Program-made: the position numbers and the translations under genes | The notes under the pieces: model-generated | Databases searched by the model: none | What the model was told of the DNA's origin: nothing | The model's input: only the letters and a program-made list of their open reading frames with translations | In this document: positions 39,263 to 47,695 of the stretch, in pieces | Position numbering within the stretch: position 1 is the stretch's first letter | Layout: each line of letters begins with the position of its first letter | Source: Candidatus Daviesbacteria bacterium | GTDB lineage: Bacteria; Patescibacteriota; Microgenomatia; Daviesbacterales; UBA10151 | Length of the DNA stretch: 64,000 nucleotides | Direction of reading: 5' to 3' | Assembly: GCA_030699125.1 (NCBI GenBank) | Contig: JAUYKM010000009.1 | Location: 204,958-268,957, forward strand

Positions 39263-39996
39263 TTACAGCAACTATTATTACACTAAATGAGGAAGAACAA
39301 ATTGGTAACGCTTTAAAAAGCCTGCAAAGGATAGCAGATGAGATAATCATAGCTGATTCCGGGAGCGTCGATAAGACTGTTGAGATTGCCAAAAAATTTG
39401 GAGCTAAAGTATTTTTTAGGAAATTTGACAATTTTGCCAGTCAAAAAAATTGGGCTGCCTCAAAAGCAAAAGGAAACTGGATTTTATCACTTGATGCTGA
39501 TGAAGAGGTTCCAGAAGAGTTGGCAGAGGAAATCAGGAATGCCGTCAAAACAAAACAATATGAAGGTTTTCTAATTGGCAGGAGAAATTTTATCTTGGGA
39601 AAGGAAATAAAATATTCCCGATGGAGCCCGGATAACCATATCTGGTTATGGAAAAAGGATAAGGGAAAATGGGTGGGAGATGTCCATGAGGAAGTATTAA
39701 TAGAGGGTAGAGTCGGACAGCTTAAAAATAAAAAAATTCACCATTCTCACAAGAGCGTTGGTGAATTTATCAAATCAAATGACCGATACTCTTCTTTAGA
39801 AGCTCAATCTTTACATTCCGAAGGAGTGAAGTTTTCCTTCTGGAAAATGATTTGGTTTGCAAAATTCGAATTCTTGTTAAGGTTTATTTACAAGTTGGGT
39901 TTTTTGGATGGATTAAGAGGTTTTATTCTATGTTATCTGATGGCAATCTATAAGCTGACAGTCTGGATTAAATTATGGGAACTTCAGAAAAAATGA
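39259..39996 (+). CDS. GT2 glycosyltransferase (DxGSxD type), paralog of the 33336 gene
   Basis: 245 aa with IIIADSGSVDKT and LSLDADEE. Confidence 0.65.
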   Translation: MITATIITLNEEEQIGNALKSLQRIADEIIIADSGSVDKTVEIAKKFGAKVFFRKFDNFASQKNWAASKAKGNWILSLDADEEVPEELAEEIRNAVKTKQYEGFLIGRRNFILGKEIKYSRWSPDNHIWLWKKDKGKWVGDVHEEVLIEGRVGQLKNKKIHHSHKSVGEFIKSNDRYSSLEAQSLHSEGVKFSFWKMIWFAKFEFLLRFIYKLGFLDGLRGFILCYLMAIYKLTVWIKLWELQKK

Positions 39997-41420
39997 TTTG
40001 GCTGATTCTATTTTTGGCAGCCTTATTAAGGTTAATTTCATTGGATCAAAGTTTGTGGTTGGATGAGGCAATTAATGTTTTGGCTGCCAAAAACTATTCC
40101 CTTCTGGGGATAGTAACAGAATATGCTAAAGGGGATTTTCATCCACCCGGATACTTCATAGTTTTGTGGGTTTGGACAAAAATATTTGGTTATACAGAGA
40201 TTGCTGTTAGATTGCCTTCTATAATTTTTGGAATTTTAACAATCTGGATCACCTTTTTGATTGGGCAGAAAATACACTCCAAGAGTTTAGGATTCATAGC
40301 AGCCCTTTTTTTGGCAGTTAACCCGCTACATATTTATTATTCTCAGGAGGCCAGGATGTATTCTTTAGCTGCTTTGGTAGTTAGCATAAATATGCTATTT
40401 TTTTTAAATCTAGTTAAGGGGGAAAAGAGTAATGGGAGGAATTTGGGTTTTTATATATTAAGCAATCTGTTAGTTTTGGTCTCGGATTATGTTTCCTACT
40501 TAATTTTTCCTGCTCAGTTAGCCTTTTTTTTAATTGGCCACCGAACTCGGTTTTTAAAAAAATGGTTAATTGTTTTACTTTTAAGTTTAGGTATTTTTTC
40601 CATTTGGCTGCCGATATTTATGAATCAATTACAGGCTGGACTGGCAGTGTCTTCCAGTATCCCGGCATGGAAAGAGGTGGTGGGGTCTTTTGGTCTAAAA
40701 CCTTTGATTTTAACTTATGTTAAATTTATTATTGGCAGAATTGATCATCCTGATCCATTAATTTATGGTTCATTATTTTTAATCCCCGGACTACTGTTCC
40801 TTTTTTTGATGTGGAGAGGAATAAGATTTGCCTCTGATTTTAACAAAAAATTATTGTCTGTATGGCTGATCATACCAATAGTATCGGCATTACTGATTTC
40901 GCTGACAGTTCCAATTTACAGTTATTTCAGATTACTCTTTATATTGCCATCTTTCATGATGCTAATTTCTTTAGGTGTTTTATCATTTAAGCCAAAATTC
41001 AGAAATTTCCTGATTATTCCGACAATTTTAGTAGAAGTTATTGCTGCAACTATTTATCTGTTTAACTCTCAATTTCAAAGAGAAGACTGGAAGGGTCTGG
41101 TTAGTTTTTTAGGAGCAAAAGGAGACAGTCATGTTTTATTGGAAAGTACAGGTTTATTTGCGCCATTTGAATATTATTCGGAGAATAGAATTGAAGCTGA
41201 TGGGGCTTTGAAAGAATTTCCAGCTGAAATTATTTCGAATGTCTCAAATCTTGAGTTTTTAGATGGGAAGAAAGATGTCTATTTGGTTGATTATTTAGTG
41301 GAGATAAGTGATCCTAAGAGGTTGGTCAGTCAGAAACTTATGGAATTAGGATACCAGAAGTTAGATATTAAAAATTTTAGTGGAGTGGGATTTGTTTATC
41401 ATTATTTCAAAAATGAATAA
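39975..41420 (+). CDS. GT-C glycosyltransferase, PMT/ArnT-like (dolichyl-phosphate-mannose-protein mannosyltransferase family)
   Basis: 481 aa and polytopic. The loop-1 motif SLWLDEAINVLAAKNY is a DE motif typical of GT39/GT83. Confidence 0.6.
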   Translation: MGTSEKMIWLILFLAALLRLISLDQSLWLDEAINVLAAKNYSLLGIVTEYAKGDFHPPGYFIVLWVWTKIFGYTEIAVRLPSIIFGILTIWITFLIGQKIHSKSLGFIAALFLAVNPLHIYYSQEARMYSLAALVVSINMLFFLNLVKGEKSNGRNLGFYILSNLLVLVSDYVSYLIFPAQLAFFLIGHRTRFLKKWLIVLLLSLGIFSIWLPIFMNQLQAGLAVSSSIPAWKEVVGSFGLKPLILTYVKFIIGRIDHPDPLIYGSLFLIPGLLFLFLMWRGIRFASDFNKKLLSVWLIIPIVSALLISLTVPIYSYFRLLFILPSFMMLISLGVLSFKPKFRNFLIIPTILVEVIAATIYLFNSQFQREDWKGLVSFLGAKGDSHVLLESTGLFAPFEYYSENRIEADGALKEFPAEIISNVSNLEFLDGKKDVYLVDYLVEISDPKRLVSQKLMELGYQKLDIKNFSGVGFVYHYFKNE

Positions 41421-42759
41421 GTTAACATTAATAATCTTGGGAATTATTCTAGTATTACATGTTTTTATTTTAACGAAGTTGATTTTTTTTCCATATCCTG
41501 AACAATTTATCTATCCCTACCTTGTTAATAGTGGCTTAAAGCCTTACAGCCAGATTTTAGATCAACATTTTCCCGGGCTAATGCTTTTGCCCATTAATTT
41601 TAATAATTTAGGAATGACAACTCCTGATATTGCCAGGATTTGGCTGATCTCTGTTGTGTTATTAACTCAATTATTGTTGTTTTTTGTATCGGGAAAAATT
41701 TTACAGGATGATAAAAAAGCCCTACTTGTTAATATTTTATATTTAATCTGGCAGCCTTTTTTTGAAGGGTGGGTACTTTGGGTTGATTCTTTTTTACCGC
41801 TAATGCTTTTGCCTGCAGCATATTTTTTGCATAAACAAAAGTATGGTTTATTAGGTTTACTGTTAGGTCTGGTTATTATTTTTAAACAGGTCATGATTCC
41901 TCTTGGTGCAATAATTGCTCTTTATATTTTTTGGGAAAATAAGAAATTAACAAATGTTAAAAATTATTTATTAGGATTGAGTGTTCCGCTATCTTTAATG
42001 GTTATCTATTTAATTAGTATAGAGGTTTTTAAGGACTTTTTATTTTGGACAATTACTTTTAATCTAACAACCTATGCTCAATTAGGACGTGGAGCAGGAC
42101 CTACACTAGCTCATCTTTTCAGAGCAGTGTTAGTCTTTGGTACGCCATTTATTATTTTGTTAAAGATTAAAGAAAGAACCTCTCAGATATTATTGATTTT
42201 CCTCATTGGCAGTTTAATGGGACTTTTCACCAGGTTTGATTTTGTGCACTTTCAGCCAGCTTTACCCTTTGCACTTATTGGTACAGTGATGGGATTTTCA
42301 GTCATTTTCAAAAACTTGGGTGGTAAAGTGTTAATTTTATTATACATTTTAGTATTAGTATGGTGGCTAAATATTTTTTATCAGGGACATATTTCAAATC
42401 AGGTTTTATTCTTTGATAAGAATACTTATGAAGTAGCAGAAAAAATTATGCAGTATACTGATCCCGGAGATAAAATTTTTATTTTAGGAAGTCCGCTGCA
42501 TCTTTATCAGATGACTCAAACTCTACCGGCAGGAGATATATTTGTTTTTCAATTCCCTTGGTTTTTACAAGTGACCCAAAGTCAGATACTAGATGGAATT
42601 AAAGAAGATCAGCCTGAAATTACGGTAGTAGATAGATCAGTGGAAATAGAGGATAAGAGATTGACAGATTTTGCCAGTGAGATTAATAAGTATTTGCAGG
42701 AGAACTATATTAAAATAGATATGGTGGGGACAGCAGAAATATTAAAAAGAAAAATATGA
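41380..42759 (+). CDS. Polytopic membrane protein of unknown function (possible GT-C-like)
   Basis: 459-aa ORF. The likely true start is MNKLTLIIL near 41413. It has about 11 hydrophobic helices and a C-terminal soluble ~90 aa. Confidence 0.4.
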   Translation: MEWDLFIIISKMNKLTLIILGIILVLHVFILTKLIFFPYPEQFIYPYLVNSGLKPYSQILDQHFPGLMLLPINFNNLGMTTPDIARIWLISVVLLTQLLLFFVSGKILQDDKKALLVNILYLIWQPFFEGWVLWVDSFLPLMLLPAAYFLHKQKYGLLGLLLGLVIIFKQVMIPLGAIIALYIFWENKKLTNVKNYLLGLSVPLSLMVIYLISIEVFKDFLFWTITFNLTTYAQLGRGAGPTLAHLFRAVLVFGTPFIILLKIKERTSQILLIFLIGSLMGLFTRFDFVHFQPALPFALIGTVMGFSVIFKNLGGKVLILLYILVLVWWLNIFYQGHISNQVLFFDKNTYEVAEKIMQYTDPGDKIFILGSPLHLYQMTQTLPAGDIFVFQFPWFLQVTQSQILDGIKEDQPEITVVDRSVEIEDKRLTDFASEINKYLQENYIKIDMVGTAEILKRKI

Positions 42760-43784
42760 AAAATATCAGAGTGGGAATGGACATATCTCAAGTAGCTCAC
42801 AGGGGAGGGGTGGCAATTTATACTCAGAATCTCTCTCAAGAACTTTCCAAAAATAAAGGTTTGGAGATGGCGTATTTTTATTCATCTTTAAGAAAATCTT
42901 ATCATGGTCATTTAAAAAATATTAAGAAATACAGGCTTCCGCCTACTTTTTTTGAAATGCTTTTTAACAGATGGAGAAACGTATCTATTGAGCGATTTTT
43001 AGGACCCTTAGATATTTTTCACTCATCAGATTGGACTCAGCCGCCATCTAAGGCCAAAAAAGTGACAACATATCATGATTTGGTGCCTATAAAATATCCC
43101 CAGTGGTCACATCCTAAAATTGTATCTGTTCACAAAAGAAGACTCTATCTAATAGAGCAAGAGATAGATCATGTAATTTGTGTCTCAGAATCTGCCAAGA
43201 ATGATTTGATGGAGGTTTCATCTATCCCTGAGAAAAAAATTACGGTAATTTATGAGGCGCCAACCTCCGAATTTAAAATCCAGCCAAAAGATAAAATTGA
43301 AGCGTTTAAAAAGAAATATAATTTGCCCGAAAAATTTGTCTTGGCAATTGGGGGAGTGGGAGAAAGAAGAAATTTGGCGAGAATTAAAGAAGCTTGCAAA
43401 GATTATCATCTGGTAATTTCCGGATATGATATTCCCCATCTGGAGGATTTAGGGGAGTTGGAGCTACTTTACAACTGTGCTCAGGCATTAGTGTATTGTT
43501 CGCTATATGAGGGTTTTGGGTTGCCAATTTTAGATGGATTTGCCTGTGGTTTGCCGGTTGTAACCTCAAACGTCTCTGCCATGCCGGAGATTGGTGGAGA
43601 GGCTGCCACTTATGCAGACCCATATAATATAGAAGATATGACAATAAAATTAAGATCGGTTTTGGAAGATGAGGATATGAGGAATATTATGATAAAAAAA
43701 GGATTGGAGAGAGTTAAACAATTTTCCTGGAAAAAATGTGCAAAAGAAACAGCAGAAGTTTATAAAAAATTAATGAAGTCATGA
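42756..43784 (+). CDS. GT4 (GT-B fold) glycosyltransferase
   Basis: 342 aa with the LYEGFGLPILDGFACGLPVVTSN motif. Confidence 0.75.
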   Translation: MKNIRVGMDISQVAHRGGVAIYTQNLSQELSKNKGLEMAYFYSSLRKSYHGHLKNIKKYRLPPTFFEMLFNRWRNVSIERFLGPLDIFHSSDWTQPPSKAKKVTTYHDLVPIKYPQWSHPKIVSVHKRRLYLIEQEIDHVICVSESAKNDLMEVSSIPEKKITVIYEAPTSEFKIQPKDKIEAFKKKYNLPEKFVLAIGGVGERRNLARIKEACKDYHLVISGYDIPHLEDLGELELLYNCAQALVYCSLYEGFGLPILDGFACGLPVVTSNVSAMPEIGGEAATYADPYNIEDMTIKLRSVLEDEDMRNIMIKKGLERVKQFSWKKCAKETAEVYKKLMKS

Positions 43785-44908
43785 AGATAGCCATAGACGG
43801 TTATGAAGCTAATGTTTTACAAAGGTTGGGCTCATCACAGGTGGCTTTTGAATTAATCAAAAACCTCGAAAAAATTGATAGAAAGAATGATTACACTATT
43901 CTTTTACCGTCTGCTCCGATGGAGGATTTTCCCAAAGAACGTCAGGGATGGAAATATAAAATTCTAAAACCCAAGATGCTTTGGACCAGGATAGCTTTAC
44001 CCTTGTTTCTATATACATCCAGACAAAAGGTTGATTTGATCTTTTCCCCAACACACTATATTCCCAGATTTTCTTCAGTAAAAAGAGTAGTAACAATATT
44101 TGATTTATCTTTTTTACATTTTCCCGAAAGTTTTCTTAAAAAAGATCTTTGGCAGCTTAAAAATTGGACCAAGTTTTCCGCCCAGGAGGCTGATCATATC
44201 ATCACCATCTCCAATTTTTCCAAAAAGGATATTATCAAACAATATGGAGTAAGCTCTGAAAAAATAACAATAGCATATCCCGGTTTTAATAAAGATATTT
44301 TTAAACCAATAAAAGATAAAGAAAAAAAAGAAAAGATAATTAAAGAATATGGATTAGGAGATTCCTTCCTTATATATATAGGGACAATACAGCCTAGGAA
44401 AAATCTGGTTAGACTTATGGAGGCAATTGCTAGAATTGAGAATTTACAGCTAGTGATTGTGGGAAAAACCAGAGATAAGGGTAAGTCCGGCTGGATGTTT
44501 GATAAAATTTTACAAACTCCTAAAAATTTAGGTATTGAGGAAAGGGTAAAATTTACAGGATTTGTTAAAAGTGAAGACTTGCCCTATCTTATTTCAGGAG
44601 CGAAGGCTTTTATTTTACCTTCTCTTTGGGAGGGATTTGGCATTCCGGTACTAGAAGCTATGGCTTGTGGTGTGCCAACTCTTATATCTAATAACTCATC
44701 GCTTCCCGAAATAACAGGTAAAGGAGGAATAAAATTTGATCCATATTCAGTTGATCAGATTGAGCAGGCAATCAGAACTATTATCAGCGATAAAAAGTTG
44801 TGGCAAAAATATTCTAAAGAGGCTTTGATCCAGTCAAAAAAATATTCCTGGAAAAAAATGGCCAGAGAAGTTAAGAGGGTATTTGAGATAGTTGGAGAAA
44901 TAGCCTAA
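43781..44908 (+). CDS. GT4 (GT-B fold) glycosyltransferase
   Basis: 375 aa with the LWEGFGIPVLEAMACGVPTLISN motif. Confidence 0.75.
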   Translation: MKIAIDGYEANVLQRLGSSQVAFELIKNLEKIDRKNDYTILLPSAPMEDFPKERQGWKYKILKPKMLWTRIALPLFLYTSRQKVDLIFSPTHYIPRFSSVKRVVTIFDLSFLHFPESFLKKDLWQLKNWTKFSAQEADHIITISNFSKKDIIKQYGVSSEKITIAYPGFNKDIFKPIKDKEKKEKIIKEYGLGDSFLIYIGTIQPRKNLVRLMEAIARIENLQLVIVGKTRDKGKSGWMFDKILQTPKNLGIEERVKFTGFVKSEDLPYLISGAKAFILPSLWEGFGIPVLEAMACGVPTLISNNSSLPEITGKGGIKFDPYSVDQIEQAIRTIISDKKLWQKYSKEALIQSKKYSWKKMAREVKRVFEIVGEIA

Positions 44909-44931
44909 AGATAGGTATAATAGATCTATCT

Positions 44932-45534
44932 ATGGCTATATTTCATAATCGGATGGGTCAAGAACTATCTGGGAGGCAAGCATCATCCAAGATTGCCAAC
45001 CGTCTCTATAATTATCTGGCTGATTTTGCCCTTTTTTGTATACAAGTGCTTTCGTATATTCCCTCTCACCATATTCGGAGATTTCTATACAGATTGGCTG
45101 GTGCAAAGATTGGTCAAGGCAGCACGATACATATGGGCTGTAGTTTTTTTTCTTTAAAAAAAGTGAGTATTGGAGAAGATAGCCTGATAGGACGAGGTAC
45201 TTTTTTGGATGGCAGAGCCCCCCTAAAGATTGGTGACCATGTAGATATTGCCTCAGAGGTGATGATTTATAATAGTGAGCATAATATTAATTCCGATGAC
45301 TTTCATGCCACACTTGCCCCAGTTGAAATAGAAGACTATGTATTTATTGGTCCCAGAGCCATCATTTTACCTAATGTAAGGATTGACAAAGGAGCTGTAG
45401 TGGCAGCAGGAGCTGTTGTGACAAAAGATGTTAATGAGTTCGTCATAGTAGGTGGAGTACCGGCAGAGGTGATTGGTGAGAGGAAACTGAAAGATCCAAA
45501 GTACAGATTAGGAAGGGCACGATTGTTTCAGTAG
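44932..45534 (+). CDS. Hexapeptide-repeat acetyltransferase (WcaF/CapG-like polysaccharide O-acetyltransferase)
   Basis: 200 aa with the tandem hexapeptides IGEDSLIGRGTFLDGRAPLKIGDHVDIASEVMIY and IGPRAIILPNVRIDKGAVVAAGAVV. Confidence 0.7.
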   Translation: MAIFHNRMGQELSGRQASSKIANRLYNYLADFALFCIQVLSYIPSHHIRRFLYRLAGAKIGQGSTIHMGCSFFSLKKVSIGEDSLIGRGTFLDGRAPLKIGDHVDIASEVMIYNSEHNINSDDFHATLAPVEIEDYVFIGPRAIILPNVRIDKGAVVAAGAVVTKDVNEFVIVGGVPAEVIGERKLKDPKYRLGRARLFQ

Positions 45535-45539
45535 CCAAT

Positions 45540-45606
45540 TGTCATCCTGAGGGCGAAGCCCGAAGGATCTCTCAACCCATTCGGGTCTGAGTCCCTCAGG
45601 GTCGAA
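45540..45606. repeat. GC-rich structured intergenic element (TGTCAT + imperfect long hairpin)
   Basis: TGTCAT-CCTGAGGGCGAAGCCCGAAGG-ATC ... CCCATTCGGGTCTGAGTCCCTCAGGG. Pairing is CCTGAGGG/CCCTCAGG and CCCGAA/TTCGGG. It lies directly after the stop at 45534 and is unlike the AT-rich flanks. Confidence 0.5.
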
Positions 45607-45613
45607 GACTTGT

Positions 45614-46225
45614 TTGAGACTTGCATTCGCAAGAGATTCTTCGCTAATCGCTCAGAATGACAAAAAAGATATGAAATATTCTTTTATCATTTTTTCTCTA
45701 CTACTTCTAATTTATATGCTCTGGCCCGGGCCCACGAAAATTTCCGATTCCCCCCCTCTTCCAAATTCTGATAAATCCACTCTGGAAGGTGATACTATCC
45801 AAATACCAAACGTCTCAGCATATTTTTCCAACAATTTTAGGGATTTTGCTACCAGCTTTTATCGAAATCATTACCAGAACTCATCTCATTTTCCTTTCCC
45901 ACCACTCACGCTGAATCATCCTCCGGAATATTCCTGGATTGCCATAAAAAGGCACACGGATACCACCTATTTGGAAGAATTTGCTTACCCTCTTAGGGAT
46001 TCCTTGTATGTGAACGGTTTGGAGCCATTTTATGAAGACGGTTCACCTAAATTTTGGGGTGCCACTATGTTTGAGATTGGTCCTGCAAATTTCTTTACTA
46101 AGGTAACATTAAGATTTTATCCGTCAAATATTCTAGTCAGAATTATCGTTTGGTTAGGTGTAGTGGTGTCTATCTGGTTACTTTTTAAATTAGGCAAGCA
46201 AATTGTTTTGCAAAAATATGAGTAG
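45614..46225 (+). CDS. Hypothetical membrane-anchored protein
   Basis: 203-aa ORF. The probable start is at 45671 (MKYSFIIFSLLLLIYMLWPGP), which gives one N-terminal TM and a C-terminal TM. There is no recognisable family. Confidence 0.4.
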   Translation: MRLAFARDSSLIAQNDKKDMKYSFIIFSLLLLIYMLWPGPTKISDSPPLPNSDKSTLEGDTIQIPNVSAYFSNNFRDFATSFYRNHYQNSSHFPFPPLTLNHPPEYSWIAIKRHTDTTYLEEFAYPLRDSLYVNGLEPFYEDGSPKFWGATMFEIGPANFFTKVTLRFYPSNILVRIIVWLGVVVSIWLLFKLGKQIVLQKYE

Positions 46226-47654
46226 ACTCTTATCCATTTATAGTAAATCATTATTTATTCTAGCTGCATTTTTATTTGCTTTTATTCCTCTTTATCCCAA
46301 GTTCCCTTTTTTAAATATTGCAGGAACTTTTGTAGCAGTAAGATTGGAAGATATTCTGATTGCTTTTTTGGCCGTATCTTGGGCAATTTATATTGTTATC
46401 TCTAATAAATTGAGAGATCTCCTCAAAGATAGACTAGCTCAAGTTTTGTTGCTTTTTTTCTTTATTGGGGCTGTCTCTTTAATTTCAGGCATATTTTTAA
46501 CTCATAGCGTCTCAGGGAGTATTGGTTTACTACATCTTTTAAGAAGGGTTGAATATATGATTCTTTTGCCAATTGTGGCCACCCTTATTCAAACTAAGAA
46601 ACAATTTATAATGATTCTAATAACATTGGGGGCTGTTTTGCTAGCAGTGAACTTATATGCTTTAGGCCAGCAATTCTTAGATTGGCCGGTTATCTCTACC
46701 ACCAATTCTGAATTCTCCAAGGGATTGATTTTAAGACTGACTCCTGGAGCGAGGGTCAACTCCACTTTTGCAGGACATTATGATTTGGCGGCATTTTTGG
46801 CAATGGCATTATGTCTACTTAGTGCACTTTTCTTTGCTGTTAATAAAAGGATAAAAATAGTGGTAATTTTATTGTTTGGGAGCTCCCTTTTAGTACTGGT
46901 TATGAGTGCTGCCAGAGTTTCATTTATGGCGGCATTCTTTGGAATAATTGCTGCTCTAATCTTTTCTAAGAAAAAGAAGTATTTAATTTTCATATTCATT
47001 GCATCTTTATTGATCTTACTTTATCCCTCTCAATTAAGGGATAGATTTATTTCAACTATCACTATAAATATTTTAAATTTGGGCCAAAGATATGAAGGAC
47101 AAACGCAAGACCAGCACATCAGAAGCAAACTTAATATACCCACATTGGCAATTAAAACTTCCTCCCGGTCAGCAGAATCTTCAACTTTTGCTTCGCCCTC
47201 GGGTTCCACAGCCACAGATATTACTCCGGGTGAACCGCTAGATACCACACAGCTCGGGGTTTATAGATCTTTTCAAATTAGGCTAAATATTGAATGGCCC
47301 AGAGCCGTAAGAGCGTTTATTAAAAATCCGCTTTTGGGAACTGGCTACTCCTCAATTGATATAGCAACGGATAATGATATTTTAAGATCGTTAGGGGAGG
47401 TGGGATTGTTAGGAACTTTTGCCTTAGGACTAGTATTTATAGAGGTTGGTAAAAGGATCCACTGCTGTTTTAGAGATGAATCCAAATTAATTAAATATTT
47501 TTCTGCAGGCGTGTTAGCTATCATGATTGCCTTTTTGATAAATAGTTTATTCATAGATGTATTGGAAGCTTCAAAAGTAGCCACTCTTTTCTGGATGATA
47601 TTAGGTTTAAACTTGGCAGTATTGTCATTCCCGCGTATGCGGGAATCCAATTAA
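46203..47654 (+). CDS. Wzy_C-type O-antigen ligase/polymerase-like polytopic membrane protein
   Basis: 483 aa with ~12 TM helices. RAVRAFIKNPLLGTGYSS resembles the conserved O-antigen-ligase loop motif. It carries an S/T-rich, GC-rich insert at ~47150-47260. The last 7 codons are contributed by a GC hairpin. Confidence 0.55.
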   Translation: MFCKNMSRLLSIYSKSLFILAAFLFAFIPLYPKFPFLNIAGTFVAVRLEDILIAFLAVSWAIYIVISNKLRDLLKDRLAQVLLLFFFIGAVSLISGIFLTHSVSGSIGLLHLLRRVEYMILLPIVATLIQTKKQFIMILITLGAVLLAVNLYALGQQFLDWPVISTTNSEFSKGLILRLTPGARVNSTFAGHYDLAAFLAMALCLLSALFFAVNKRIKIVVILLFGSSLLVLVMSAARVSFMAAFFGIIAALIFSKKKKYLIFIFIASLLILLYPSQLRDRFISTITINILNLGQRYEGQTQDQHIRSKLNIPTLAIKTSSRSAESSTFASPSGSTATDITPGEPLDTTQLGVYRSFQIRLNIEWPRAVRAFIKNPLLGTGYSSIDIATDNDILRSLGEVGLLGTFALGLVFIEVGKRIHCCFRDESKLIKYFSAGVLAIMIAFLINSLFIDVLEASKVATLFWMILGLNLAVLSFPRMRESN

Positions 47655-47695
47655 TAATATTTGTTAAATGGATCCCTGCCTTCGCAGGGATGACA
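47623..47695. repeat. Inverted pair of GC-rich hairpin units (TGTCAT-TCCCGC-GTAT-GCGGGA-ATCCA ... TGGAT-CCCTGC-CTTC-GCAGGG-ATGACA)
   Basis: Two units lie in opposite orientation, separated by a 19-nt AT spacer. The outer TGTCAT/ATGACA and ATCCA/TGGAT arms are complementary, and each unit carries its own 6-bp GC stem. The pair overlaps the stop of the 46203 gene and the annotated 5' end of the 47668 gene. Confidence 0.55.

Noticed and set aside
41380-41420. The 41-nt overlap between the 39975 and 41380 ORFs, as possible programmed frameshift or fusion
   Set aside because: An internal ATG (MNKLTLIIL, about 41413) gives a normal short overlap and a sensible N-terminal TM start. There is no slippery heptamer.
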